Assembly (NCBI GenBank): GCA_041306605.1 | Contig: JBFZFB010000166.1 | Coordinates: forward strand, 1,807 to 65,806 | Origin: Lentisphaerota bacterium | GTDB taxonomy: Bacteria > Verrucomicrobiota > Kiritimatiellia > UBA8416 > JAQBFJ01 | Direction of reading: 5' to 3' | Length of the DNA stretch: 64,000 nt | Part shown: piece after piece, positions 9,098-19,389 of the stretch | How positions within the stretch are numbered: the stretch's first letter is position 1 | Layout of the letters: the number at the start of each line of letters is the position of its first letter | The notes under the pieces: generated by a model | Seen by the model: the letters and a program-made list of their open reading frames with translations, nothing else | The model's database searches: none | What the model was told of the DNA's origin: nothing | Made by a program: the position numbers and the translations under genes

Positions 9098-11195
9098 CCC
9101 GGTAAAATCTCTGCGCGCCGGAAAGATTTGTCAATGTCTGATGAGATTCCGGCCATTGCGCCCAATCCCCGACATCCTCCCACTCACCCGCAAGAAGATT
9201 TGTTCTGGCCTGTACCTGACAGACAATACCGTCTCCGGCGGTCCAGCCGACAGACAGATTCATTTCCGCATCAAACGCTATGTTTGTTATTTCAATACTG
9301 CCTGACGGTTCTGGAAAAAAATTGGATCTTACACATTCAGCCCACTGCCGGCCGTGATCGGTAAGCCCGGCAGTGTTGAAATGAACACTGTCGGCGAGAT
9401 AGTTAGTGAGATGAAAAAAATCCGTCTGGGCGCCAAGAAAAACTTTGTTCAAGCCTCCCGTAATCACAAGCCACTGGCCTGCTATAACAAGTACTTCGTT
9501 TGATGCTGTGGCCGACGGATGATACGATGCGAGTGCCACGCCCCATGGCACATCATAGCCGGCATCAACCCGTGATTGATCAATAATTGATTCAAGCATT
9601 GAAGCATAGTTTGAAGGACTTGTACCGGCAAGTGAATCACTTTCACCCTGATGCCACAAAATGGCGCGCACTCCATTAGTGCCAGTAAATGTCAACGCAT
9701 CCTTAATCAATGAATAGTATCCGCCCGGCAGCCATTGCGAAACCTGCGTGCTTCCAATCCCGCGTGAAAGGATTCCAACCGGCACATTGAATTTATCAAT
9801 AATAGCGTCTCCAAAGGCAGGCCAGGGAGAGCCGCCGGTGCCGCCGGCACCGGATTGAGGATCGTTCGCATTTACCCAGCCGGTACCGGCGCTGTAAGAG
9901 CAGACTCTGTCATCCACAGGATTTTGCACAGGGTTTCCATAGTTTGCGGAATTGGATTGACCAGCCATAATGAACACCTCTCCAATGCCAATCCGATCAA
10001 CCCCCGCCCTGCCGGCAACCTGCCCGTCTTTGATAGTTCTTACCTCAATCATATACCAGCCGCCGCCTTTTATCCGGAGAGAGCCAGCAAAAATTCCTCC
10101 CGACGGACTCTCTTCTATAACCGTCCATCCCACCGAAGCACCTGAATACCCTATTCTTTTAACCGCCCGCGCCTCAACACGGTCTACACTGCCTGTGAAT
10201 GTTCCCGCTATCCTTATATCCGCGTAATTCATCGCATCACGCTGAATAACCGCTCGTGAAGACGGGTTCGTAATAATCAGTCCCAGCGTGCTATACGACC
10301 CGATATTCGTGTATGATTCCGGATCATTACTCCCGCCATATGGATATAACGACGGCGATGAACCCGATCCTGAATATGTTGCCTGAACGTAATAACACAC
10401 AGCTCCCTCATATCCTGCCGGAACAGGACTTGTCGCGCGATATAAGTTATTGGAAACATTGACCAGACCAACACCGGTATATGGCCCACTGTCACCAAAG
10501 CGGTATAGAGCGCTCATAACGATATTTGACGCAGCCGGATTCATCTGCGCGTTAACGCATATATAAACCTCATCACCTATTGTCGGAGACGCAGGATCAG
10601 TCGTCAGACCTGAAAAACTCACGCCCGGCGCGCTGTACACAACAATATCATCCAAACCGAGATTCTGTTCCGATGTTCCGGTATCGCTGACCTTCAAAAA
10701 ACGGATATACACAGAATCAAAAACATCAACCACATTACTGTAACAGGTCCAACTTGTGGAAGAATTGGTTACAGTTGCCGCTGTCAACCAAGTCACGGCA
10801 TCTAATGAGTATTGTATGGAGAAAAAATTTTCTCCATTTTCCTTGTTACAGCAATAGTAAGTGATAGTTCCAATACCGTTTGTAAACCTCGGTGTCCGCA
10901 GGCAGGAGTTAGTATTATTATCGGCATCAGCCAGCCAGCCGGAATACGGTTCGGAACGCGGATCCGGCCACAATGTAGTGTTCCTGATTTTGCCGTTAAA
11001 CATAATCCAGCCGTCACTGTTAGTGTAAGTGCCCCAGCTGGAAAGATTGGCCCAGTTATCAAAATTCTGATTGGTATAACCGGCAAATGACTGCTGTTCT
11101 CCAACCGTCAACAGGCAGATCAACATCAAGCCGGATAAAAACAATCTGTGACGTTTAATCATAAAATACACTACAAAGTAAATTATGCCATTCAT
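9072..11195 (-). CDS. Secreted SGNH/DUF303 esterase (sialate O-acetylesterase-like) with an N-terminal ~300-aa repeat module shared with the adjacent giant protein
   Basis: Signal peptide (likely start MIKRHRLFLSGLMLICLL at about 11162). N-terminal module GYTNQNFDNW...LGLDDIVVYSAPG is ~80% identical to the modules of the 11228..15838 protein. C-terminal half has the DUF303 signature IMAGQSNSANYG ... ILWHQGESD. Confidence 0.7.
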   Translation of the reverse strand: MNGIIYFVVYFMIKRHRLFLSGLMLICLLTVGEQQSFAGYTNQNFDNWANLSSWGTYTNSDGWIMFNGKIRNTTLWPDPRSEPYSGWLADADNNTNSCLRTPRFTNGIGTITYYCCNKENGENFFSIQYSLDAVTWLTAATVTNSSTSWTCYSNVVDVFDSVYIRFLKVSDTGTSEQNLGLDDIVVYSAPGVSFSGLTTDPASPTIGDEVYICVNAQMNPAASNIVMSALYRFGDSGPYTGVGLVNVSNNLYRATSPVPAGYEGAVCYYVQATYSGSGSSPSLYPYGGSNDPESYTNIGSYSTLGLIITNPSSRAVIQRDAMNYADIRIAGTFTGSVDRVEARAVKRIGYSGASVGWTVIEESPSGGIFAGSLRIKGGGWYMIEVRTIKDGQVAGRAGVDRIGIGEVFIMAGQSNSANYGNPVQNPVDDRVCSYSAGTGWVNANDPQSGAGGTGGSPWPAFGDAIIDKFNVPVGILSRGIGSTQVSQWLPGGYYSLIKDALTFTGTNGVRAILWHQGESDSLAGTSPSNYASMLESIIDQSRVDAGYDVPWGVALASYHPSATASNEVLVIAGQWLVITGGLNKVFLGAQTDFFHLTNYLADSVHFNTAGLTDHGRQWAECVRSNFFPEPSGSIEITNIAFDAEMNLSVGWTAGDGIVCQVQARTNLLAGEWEDVGDWAQWPESHQTLTNLSGAQRFYRVIAPYASP

Positions 11196-14100
11196 TTAAA
11201 ATTGATTATATCGAAAGGCACTTACAACTATTCCACTGACAGACCGCCTAGCGGCACCGTTCCGGCATACCCGAATGTTTCAGTACTGAATCCTTCTGTA
11301 CTCTTCATGAAGTACCATGCGCCGGGAGCCACCGCGCCCGGAACGCCTGCGGCATCATAGCAACCAAAATCGTCAATTCCGTCGCCATCGTAATCGCCTA
11401 CCACTGGCACTGTCCCCGCATATCCAAAGTTGACGGATGCATCAAAGCCTTCTGTACTCTTCATGAAATACCACTGGCCGGGCTGTACGACACCCGGAAC
11501 TCCCGCCGCATCATAACAACCAAAATCATCAATACCATCCCCGTCAAAATCGCCTACCACAGGCACTGTGCCAGCATACCCGAACCTGACGGATGCATCA
11601 AATCCTTCCGCGCTCTTCATGAAGTACCACTGGCCGGGTTGTACAACGCCCGGAACTCCAACGGCATCATAACAACCAAAATCATCAATACCATCCCCGT
11701 CAAAATCGCCTACCACAGGCACCGTCCCCGCATATCCGAACCTTACGGATGAGTCAAAGCCTTCCGCGCTCTTCATGAAGTACCACTGGCCGGGCTGTAC
11801 CACACCCGGAACTCCCGCGGCATCATAACAACCAAAATCGCTCTTACCGTCTCCATCAAAATCGCCCACCACAGGCACTGTGCCCGCATACCCGAACCTG
11901 ACGGATGCATCAAAGCCTTCCGTGCTCTTCTTGAAATACCACTGGCCGGGTTGTACAACTCCGGGGATACCGGCGGCGTCATAACAGCCATAGTCGCTCT
12001 TTCCGTCTCCATCAAAATCTGCCGCACAGTTCCGGCTGATTGTGAAAAACGCCGAATCAGCGTAGTTACTCGCATTGCCAAGATCAGGGTCTGTAACGCG
12101 TACATAGTAGTTACTGCCGGGCATCAATCCGACAGGCAATTCTGCCTGCCAAGTCATGTTACTGGTCAGTGCAGGGAGACCGTTCGTCAGGTTTGCAATA
12201 AGATTTGTTCCCTTCCATAAATCCACATTTGCCGCCCCAAGCGCCACAACCCCAACCCATTTAACGGTCAGCATGTCGACACCTTTTATAACCGTGTTAT
12301 TCGTTGGGCTAGTAACGAGGAAAAACGGAACATTGATAGTGATGTTGTTTGTAGCCGACAGTTCGCCGTCTGACGCTACAAACCGGACCACTGTACTGCC
12401 GATATCAGACACTTGTGTTGGCGTCCAGGTAAAGGTGCCGCAGCCATTCCCGTTGTCGGTGAATATCGCCGCATCAGGCTTGATGGCGGCGGAAAGACTG
12501 GGAATAGTCCCGTCAGAATCAGTAGCAGACACTGTTAAATCAAGCGTTGTGCCAAACAATATACTCATATTTGTAAGAGTGGATATTTGCGGGGTATGAT
12601 TATTTCTGGTGAAATTGGCTGTGATCACGCGCGCTTGCGTCATGGAAGCCGTTATAACATTGCCGGCCATGCCGCACCCGTTCGTACCGTCGCTCCAACC
12701 CGTGAAGAACCAGCCGGCTGATGCCGTAGCAGTCAGCGCTGTGCTTCCTCCTGACGCGAACCAGCCGCCATAAGCGCTCACACTTCCGCTTCCATTGGTC
12801 TGCACAGTCAACAGGTATTGCGTTTGCCACGACCATGTAAGAGTGGCGTCGTTTGTAAGCGTTAAAGCTACATTGGTCGAGTTGACCTGCGTATAGTCAT
12901 TGCCGATCACTGCGGCCCCTGTACACACCAACTGCGTGCCGGAGCCTGTCACTACCGGTGAGTTGGTAACAAACTGATTCAAAGTGGTGTTGTAGTTAGT
13001 CGTCAAGGTGCCGGGACTGGCTCCACCCTGCTCTGAAATCACAGTGAGATCTCGTGTGCCGAGAGAACTTCGTATAATCGTCACACTATCACTGGCCTCC
13101 ACGCCAAACGTGTTAGTTCCATACACCGTAATCAAATTGGTGCCGACACCCAAATCCACCGATACAATCAACCACGATATTTCCGCCTCAAACGTACCTC
13201 CATTCAGAGTCAGGCTGTTCGTCCACCTCATTGTGCCCACCACATTCGGATTGTTCGTCCCGCCTATGACCATACTTGTCATGGAATTATCCACCGTCGT
13301 ACTCGCGCTAAGCACATTAACGAACGGCAGATCAGTTCCAATCGTGTATGATGCAGGATTATTACTTCCGCCCGGCGGATAGAAGACCGATGAAGAATCC
13401 AGTCCGCTGTATGTCGCCTGAACATAATAATAAACTGTCCCCTCATAGCCCGTGGCAACAGGGCTCGACATGCGATACAGATCGTTTGTAACATTGACAA
13501 GACTGATATTGCTATACGATCCGCTGTCACCCAGACGGTAATTGGCGCTCAAAACAATATCTGACGCAGCCGGATTAGTCCGGGCGTTGACACAGAAATA
13601 CACTTCGTTGGTCGCCACTGGAGACACCGGATCAGTCGTAAGATTTGAAAAACTCACGCCCGGCGCACTGCCTACGTAAATATCGTCCAAACCAAGAATC
13701 TGTTCTGATGTTCCGATATCGCTTATCTTGAGAAATCTGACATAAACTGATTCAAAAACATCAATAAAGTTGGTATAACAGACCCAAGTGTTGGAAGAAT
13801 ACGTCATAGTCGCCGCTGTAATCCAGCTTTCAGCGTCGGCGGAGTATTGCACGGCAAAAACATTCTCACCCGCCCCTCTATCACAGCAATAGTAAGTGAT
13901 AGTTCCTACACCGTTTGTAAACCGCGGTGTACGCAGATTAGAGTTGGTATTATTATTGGCGTCGGCCAGCCAGCCCGAATACTTTTCAGAATGCGGATCA
14001 GGCCACATAATCGTGTTTCTGATTTTACCGTTAAACATGATCCAGCCATCGCTGTTCACATACGTGCCCCATGAAGTCCGATTGGTCCAGCTGTCAAAAT

Positions 14101-15840
14101 TCTGACTCCTATTGCCGGAATAAGAACTGTCACACCAAACACTCTCGTATGACGCCGGACTGCTGCTTCCGCCATACGGATAAAATGACGGCGAAGAACC
14201 CAGCCCGCTATATGTCGCCTGAATATAATAATAAACAGTCCCTTCATATCCCGCCGGAACAGGGTTTAAAGAGCGATACATGTTGTTTGACAGAGAAACC
14301 ATGCTGACACTGTTATAGGCTGCCGCCCCACCGCTTGCACCCAAACGGTATTTGGCGCTCAAAACAACATTGGACACGGCCGGATTCATCCGAGCGTTAA
14401 CACATATATACACTTCGTTGGTTATCACTGGAGACACCGGATCCGTCGTAAGATTTGAAAAACTCACACCCGGCGCTCTGCCCACGGTAATATCGTCCAA
14501 ACCGAGATTCTGTTCCGATGTTCCGGTATCGCTTATCTTGAGAAATCTGACATAAACTGATTCAAAAACATCTATTACGTTAGTAAAACAAACCCAGCTT
14601 GTAGAAGAGTTGGTCTCAGTTACCGCAGTTGTCCAATTTGCCGCGTCGATAGAGTATTGTATGGCGAAAACATTTTCTCCATTTTCCTTGTTACAGCAAT
14701 AGTAAGTGATAGTTCCTACACCGTTTGTAAACCTCGGTGTCCGCAGGCAGGAATTTGTATTATTATTGGCATCGGCCAGCCAGCCGGAATACGGTTCTGA
14801 ATAAGGATCCGGCCACATCGAAGTGTTCCTGATTTTACCGTTAAACATAATCCAGCCGTCACTGTTTACATACGTACCCCATGAGGTTAGATTAGTCCAA
14901 CTGTCAAAATTCTGATTCGTATTGCCGGAATAAGAACTGTTACACCAATCACTTTCGTATGACGCCGGGCTATTACTTCCGCCGTACGGATATAATGACG
15001 GCGAAGAACCCAGCCCGCTATACGTCCCCTGAACATAATAATATACAGTTCCTTCATAGCCCGCAGGAACCGGACTTGATGAACGATACATGTTGCTCGA
15101 AACATTGACCATACTGACACTGTTATAGGCCGCCGCACCACTGGCGCCAAAACGGTACTTCGCGGTTAAAACAATGTTTGAAACCGCAGGATTAGTCCGC
15201 GCGTTAACACATATATACACTTCGTTGGTTATCACTGGAGATACCGGATCTATTGTAAGACTTGAGAAACTAACACCCGGCGCACTGTACACAACAATAT
15301 CATCCAAACCTAAATCCTGTTCCGATGAACCGGTATCGCTGACCTTCAAAAAACGGATATACACAGAATCAAAAACATCAACCACATTAGTGTAACAGGT
15401 CCAACTTGCGGAAGAATTGGTTACAATTGCCGCCGTTGTCCAGCTTGTTGCGTTTGTGGAATACTGTATAGCAAAAACGTTTTCTCCACTTTCCTCCTTA
15501 TTGCACCCGTAATAAGTGATTATCCCAACACCGTTTGTAAACAGTGGCGACCGCAAATAAGAGTTGGTGTTGTTATTGGCGTCAGCCAGCCAGCCGGAAT
15601 ACGGTTCTGAATAAGGATCCGGCCACAATGTAGTGTTTCTGATTTTACCGTTAACCATGATCCAGCCGTCAACATTAGTATATGTGCCGAATGATGGCAG
15701 GTTGGTCCAATTATCAAAATTCTGATTCGTATAGCCGGCGAATGCCTGTTGTCCCCCAATAATCAACAGACAGATCAACATCAAGCTGGATAAAAACAAT
15801 CTATGATATTTGACCATAAGAAATATTCCCAAAACCAAGA
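10560..15840. repeat. Large near-identical tandem DNA repeats (~0.9-1 kb unit, 4 copies) encoding the shared N-terminal module
   Basis: Approximate copies at 10560-11200, 13150-14040, 14050-14940 and 14950-15838. Long stretches are identical or near-identical, e.g. cagcaatagtaagtgatagttcc(t/a)a(c/t)accgtttgtaaacc(t/g)cggtgt(c/a)cgcag recurs at about 10850, 13890 and 14700, with a more diverged copy near 15510. Confidence 0.8.
11228..15838 (-). CDS. Giant secreted repeat protein: signal peptide, 3 tandem ~300-aa beta-sandwich-like modules, central Ig-like region, 5 FG-GAP/Ca-binding (DxDGDG) repeats
   Basis: 1536 aa. Three N-terminal copies of the module starting GYTNQNFD(N/S)WTNL..WGTY.N.DGWIM.NGKIRNT..WPDP.SE.YSGWLADANNNTNS... 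The C-terminus has five ~51-aa repeats DFDGDG(K/I)(S/D)D(Y/F)GCYDAAG(I/V)PGVVQPGQWYF(K/M)KS.EGFD.SV.FGYAGTVPVVG. Likely start is MVKYHRLF at about 15817. Confidence 0.8.
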   Translation of the reverse strand: MVLGIFLMVKYHRLFLSSLMLICLLIIGGQQAFAGYTNQNFDNWTNLPSFGTYTNVDGWIMVNGKIRNTTLWPDPYSEPYSGWLADANNNTNSYLRSPLFTNGVGIITYYGCNKEESGENVFAIQYSTNATSWTTAAIVTNSSASWTCYTNVVDVFDSVYIRFLKVSDTGSSEQDLGLDDIVVYSAPGVSFSSLTIDPVSPVITNEVYICVNARTNPAVSNIVLTAKYRFGASGAAAYNSVSMVNVSSNMYRSSSPVPAGYEGTVYYYVQGTYSGLGSSPSLYPYGGSNSPASYESDWCNSSYSGNTNQNFDSWTNLTSWGTYVNSDGWIMFNGKIRNTSMWPDPYSEPYSGWLADANNNTNSCLRTPRFTNGVGTITYYCCNKENGENVFAIQYSIDAANWTTAVTETNSSTSWVCFTNVIDVFESVYVRFLKISDTGTSEQNLGLDDITVGRAPGVSFSNLTTDPVSPVITNEVYICVNARMNPAVSNVVLSAKYRLGASGGAAAYNSVSMVSLSNNMYRSLNPVPAGYEGTVYYYIQATYSGLGSSPSFYPYGGSSSPASYESVWCDSSYSGNRSQNFDSWTNRTSWGTYVNSDGWIMFNGKIRNTIMWPDPHSEKYSGWLADANNNTNSNLRTPRFTNGVGTITYYCCDRGAGENVFAVQYSADAESWITAATMTYSSNTWVCYTNFIDVFESVYVRFLKISDIGTSEQILGLDDIYVGSAPGVSFSNLTTDPVSPVATNEVYFCVNARTNPAASDIVLSANYRLGDSGSYSNISLVNVTNDLYRMSSPVATGYEGTVYYYVQATYSGLDSSSVFYPPGGSNNPASYTIGTDLPFVNVLSASTTVDNSMTSMVIGGTNNPNVVGTMRWTNSLTLNGGTFEAEISWLIVSVDLGVGTNLITVYGTNTFGVEASDSVTIIRSSLGTRDLTVISEQGGASPGTLTTNYNTTLNQFVTNSPVVTGSGTQLVCTGAAVIGNDYTQVNSTNVALTLTNDATLTWSWQTQYLLTVQTNGSGSVSAYGGWFASGGSTALTATASAGWFFTGWSDGTNGCGMAGNVITASMTQARVITANFTRNNHTPQISTLTNMSILFGTTLDLTVSATDSDGTIPSLSAAIKPDAAIFTDNGNGCGTFTWTPTQVSDIGSTVVRFVASDGELSATNNITINVPFFLVTSPTNNTVIKGVDMLTVKWVGVVALGAANVDLWKGTNLIANLTNGLPALTSNMTWQAELPVGLMPGSNYYVRVTDPDLGNASNYADSAFFTISRNCAADFDGDGKSDYGCYDAAGIPGVVQPGQWYFKKSTEGFDASVRFGYAGTVPVVGDFDGDGKSDFGCYDAAGVPGVVQPGQWYFMKSAEGFDSSVRFGYAGTVPVVGDFDGDGIDDFGCYDAVGVPGVVQPGQWYFMKSAEGFDASVRFGYAGTVPVVGDFDGDGIDDFGCYDAAGVPGVVQPGQWYFMKSTEGFDASVNFGYAGTVPVVGDYDGDGIDDFGCYDAAGVPGAVAPGAWYFMKSTEGFSTETFGYAGTVPLGGLSVE

Positions 15841-15915
15841 AAACTATAATACCTATCCGGCCGTGTCACGACAAGTACCAAATGTTCCCAAAAAAAACGC
15901 TAAAACAGGCTTTTT

Positions 15916-17031
15916 TCAAGACGCGCATGGAACACCCAGCCGGTCCAGCATGCGCCGCACGTCTTTTTCATCCTCTGGCGAAGCCCAGCCTATCAAAATA
16001 ATACCCTTCGCGCTTCCCAGTTTGTCGGCAAGCTTTTCAATAACACGCCAGCCCTGCGGGCCGTCCCCATTGCAAAGATGAACCAGCTTGCCGGCTTCTA
16101 TGATCTTTTTGTAAACATCCGGCCATTCTTCATAACTCTTCTGGCCACTGCCCGGAATCCACTGCACGCCTTTCAAATCTTCAATGGCAAGAAGACTATC
16201 AAGATGCGGAAGCTGGCCAACTCCGTCAAGATGGTAAAATGCATTCTTCAAGCGATGACACGTAGCAACAAGCTCCGGCCTCACAAATTCATCGAACATG
16301 CCGGGGCCTATCATATAAGCAAAGTCACATTGTAGTATGTAATAAGGTTCCGATGAAAAAATAGGCGTCCATGCCGTATAGCCGGGATTCACAGGCTGAA
16401 GAATCCTGTTCAGCGCTTCAAAATGAGCCCACCAGGAATTATGCGCCTCCCAAGCCAGACGCTTCACCTCGCCGGGATTGTCATAGAGGTCCATGAGCAG
16501 GTTCTCTCCCGTCCTGAACGAACTGACTATATCAAGATTGCCGCCCAGATCGGTCATACCCAACTGCACCTGACCACCCCACCTGCTGACTGCCGCGCGG
16601 TAAATATCGCTTACACGCCGGAACCACACATTGCCTTCATCCACCTGCGCCGGAAAATGTATGTCCGCTATTTCTTTTTTACCGGAAGGATGAAACCAAA
16701 CCGTATCTTTACCGTTTTCCAACCGTGCTCCCATGAATGCCGCAACCACACCCGGTCCGAAATTAGGCCACACCGAAGGAAACGCGTCACCCAAAAAACG
16801 CTGTTGCGCCAATGAGTAGTCTATGACATCCACAATATCTTCAGCCGGCACTTTCAGATCATAAAAAGAAAGGTATCCATATCCCGTCAAAGCCGGCTTT
16901 GAACGACCCGGCTCACGCCCGCCCGTACAAATCGATACCAGTGGACGGTCAAGCTCTCCACGCCACCACGCGGTATAATCTTTCTTAACACGACTCCAGC
17001 GCTCCGTTGAGAAATCAATTGATGTCTCCAT
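15916..17031 (-). CDS. URO-D/MtaA-superfamily TIM-barrel protein (paralog 2)
   Basis: 371 aa. The C-terminal region HLDGVGQLPHLDSLLAIEDLKGVQWIPGSG aligns by eye with the H/D-x-(C/D)-G...P motif block of the other paralogs (18208, 26692, 33022). Assignment is by paralogy and motif, not by search. Confidence 0.5.
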   Translation of the reverse strand: METSIDFSTERWSRVKKDYTAWWRGELDRPLVSICTGGREPGRSKPALTGYGYLSFYDLKVPAEDIVDVIDYSLAQQRFLGDAFPSVWPNFGPGVVAAFMGARLENGKDTVWFHPSGKKEIADIHFPAQVDEGNVWFRRVSDIYRAAVSRWGGQVQLGMTDLGGNLDIVSSFRTGENLLMDLYDNPGEVKRLAWEAHNSWWAHFEALNRILQPVNPGYTAWTPIFSSEPYYILQCDFAYMIGPGMFDEFVRPELVATCHRLKNAFYHLDGVGQLPHLDSLLAIEDLKGVQWIPGSGQKSYEEWPDVYKKIIEAGKLVHLCNGDGPQGWRVIEKLADKLGSAKGIILIGWASPEDEKDVRRMLDRLGVPCAS

Positions 17032-17098
17032 AATGAATCAACCCTTTCTTTACCCTCCATTATTCACTCACTATCCCCGGAACTTTTTTTAGACAGGA

Positions 17099-18202
17099 TC
17101 AAGAATTGAAAACCTCTCTCACCGCCTCCAGATGCCCCATCCCATATTTCATGTCAGGCTCCAGATAACTTCCTTCCGACCACTCATTCCAGGAATTGAT
17201 CGTTATCAAACCCGGATTAATCAAATGATTGTCTATGAACCGCTTCGCCTTACGAAGATTTTCGGCAAACTTGGCCGGCGACGCATTCTCAACAACAGCT
17301 TCCTGAAGCGCTTTGAAACGCGGATTGGTATCCCAGCCTATCGACACATGCGGATAGAACGGCACTGAAAATTCTTTTGCCCAGACTTCCCAGCGCGCTA
17401 CCGCCTTCTCCGCCCAGTCGCTATATTCCCCTTTAGGCGTAACGTAATGGCACCACTGATAATTCGTCAGACTATTGAACCCCAACTGCATTACAGTATT
17501 GTTCTGCGTCTGGGTCCTGTCTCCCGGCACCATTGACAGGCTGACCGGAATAGTGCCCCATAAAACAGCCTGCAGATGCAGATCAGGAAATCCCGCCTTT
17601 TTCACTTTATCCCGAAATGAGAGCAGTGCATCCCGGGTCTGTTCCATACCGCCCAATCCTTCGATCAATGTGCCAAGCTCATAAACCGAAAACACCGGAC
17701 AACCGCTTATTTTGTAGTACGAAGGATGTGAAAAATAGCGGGCAATCACTCTGTCCGCAACAGTATCAAATGTTTTCCTGTCCACGGCGCCGGGCCAGAT
17801 AACTTCATGCCGGTGCGAGCGCTCCAGATCCCACAATGTTGTAGCATTGTGATTTGCCCACATTAAAAAGAACTTCATCCGGGAATTGTTTTTTGCCTTC
17901 AAAAATCCGTCATTAAGCGCGTTTTCAAGAAACGGCTGATTTTCATACCAGTACCAGTCGAAGATAAAGACATTCACACCATGTGATGCCGCGGCATCTA
18001 TCTTCTTTTCCATCATGCGCGGATCCGATTCGCTCTCGTATCCCCACACCGGAACCCGCGGCTGATAATGTCCATCGTATTTGGGAAAAGCTTTTCTAAC
18101 AGTCTCCCACTCCCCCTGTCCTTCCGGCATAAAACGGCGCCAGCGCGGTTCATCGTGATACGCGGGCCAAACATAAGCGGCTATATCGTAACGTTTACGC
18201 AT
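17099..18202 (-). CDS. Glycoside-hydrolase-like TIM-barrel protein (GHL/DUF4434-like), family uncertain
   Basis: The ORF track gives 17099..18295. Preferred start is ATG 18202 (MRKRYDIAAYVWPAYHDE), 5 nt after the stop of the upstream URO-D-like gene. Motifs FIFDWYWYENQPFLE and MWANHN are reminiscent of GH-like TIM barrels. Confidence 0.45.
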   Translation of the reverse strand: MRKRYDIAAYVWPAYHDEPRWRRFMPEGQGEWETVRKAFPKYDGHYQPRVPVWGYESESDPRMMEKKIDAAASHGVNVFIFDWYWYENQPFLENALNDGFLKAKNNSRMKFFLMWANHNATTLWDLERSHRHEVIWPGAVDRKTFDTVADRVIARYFSHPSYYKISGCPVFSVYELGTLIEGLGGMEQTRDALLSFRDKVKKAGFPDLHLQAVLWGTIPVSLSMVPGDRTQTQNNTVMQLGFNSLTNYQWCHYVTPKGEYSDWAEKAVARWEVWAKEFSVPFYPHVSIGWDTNPRFKALQEAVVENASPAKFAENLRKAKRFIDNHLINPGLITINSWNEWSEGSYLEPDMKYGMGHLEAVREVFNS

Positions 18203-18207
18203 TGTTT

Positions 18208-19389
18208 TCAACCACCAAAAGCTTTGCGCATCTTCTCGCAATAATACTGCACCAGTTCCCATTTCGCATCCGGCGGAATCCGGTGATCCGGACATGGAAT
18301 AAACCCGCCCAGCGCCACAAGCGGTTTCATACGCTCGACTTCCGCGTCAACTGCGGCTTTGTCATGCGCAAAAACAGTCTTGTTCATTCCGCCGACACCG
18401 CGGATATCCTTGCCGTATTTTTCACGCCACGGCGCGATTGAAGCATTCCATGTCCCGACCTCAATCGGAAACATCGTATTCACGCCGTTCTCGAGCCAGA
18501 TAGGAATCAGTGAATCGATCCACCCATCGCAATCGAGAGAAATGATATCGATCCCGTTAGCCTTCAACAGGTCGGTTATTCTTTTATAGTGCGGTCCCAC
18601 ATATTCAGCGAATATCGTCGGAACCACCAGCGGACCGTTCTTGAAACATATGTCCTCCCAGAAATGCGCAAAATCGAATTTCACACCTGATTCGAGGACT
18701 GTTTTGACTTTTCTGTAGCAGAGCATTCCCATTGTATCGATTATTTCACGATAGAGATCTTCATCATCCGCATACAAATAACTGATACCCTCAACTCCCA
18801 TGATATCACGGATATCACCGTAAAGACTTCCGCAATGAAGTCCCAGCGGATTCTTCCTTTCCTGCCCCTTTAGTTTCTGCAACGCCGCTTTATCAACGCG
18901 TTCTTCCTTCCATTCAAAACGCCTCTTGTAATGCTCTTCCCATGACGCACGGTCTTTCAACAGATGATCTATCTCAGCTGGAATCCCGCTTGCATTTGGA
19001 TTTTCCACAACAACCGAACCGAGATGATTCCTGACATGACGTGAACCATCTGGAAATTCTTTCAACACTTTTCTTTCAAATGACGGTATCAACCCGCTGT
19101 TGGAATAGAACATATTCTGCCAGTTGAAATCGAAACCCAGCTTCTGCGCGGCTATATCAGGATCATTCCCGTCCCCGCAGTGTTTCGCCTCCTCCTTCGT
19201 CAAATGCCCTTCCGCCGTCCACTTCTCGATCGTCTCCGTCCACCAGCCGAAATGAACCAGCGGCAAATGATCATATTTCTGATATCTTAAAACCGCCAAC
19301 GCTCTTTCCCTGTTTGTCATATATCCCCCTTTAGATTTTGCTCTCAAATTTATAAGTTCCCGAACCGACAGAAACGATCTTTCTTCCAC
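18208..19389 (-). CDS. URO-D/MtaA-superfamily TIM-barrel protein (paralog 3)
   Basis: 393 aa. The N-terminal NRERALAVLRYQKYDHLP is the URO-D-like signature. C-terminal block IDIISLDCDGWIDSLIPIWLENGVNTMFPIE. Confidence 0.65.
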   Translation of the reverse strand: MEERSFLSVRELINLRAKSKGGYMTNRERALAVLRYQKYDHLPLVHFGWWTETIEKWTAEGHLTKEEAKHCGDGNDPDIAAQKLGFDFNWQNMFYSNSGLIPSFERKVLKEFPDGSRHVRNHLGSVVVENPNASGIPAEIDHLLKDRASWEEHYKRRFEWKEERVDKAALQKLKGQERKNPLGLHCGSLYGDIRDIMGVEGISYLYADDEDLYREIIDTMGMLCYRKVKTVLESGVKFDFAHFWEDICFKNGPLVVPTIFAEYVGPHYKRITDLLKANGIDIISLDCDGWIDSLIPIWLENGVNTMFPIEVGTWNASIAPWREKYGKDIRGVGGMNKTVFAHDKAAVDAEVERMKPLVALGGFIPCPDHRIPPDAKWELVQYYCEKMRKAFGG

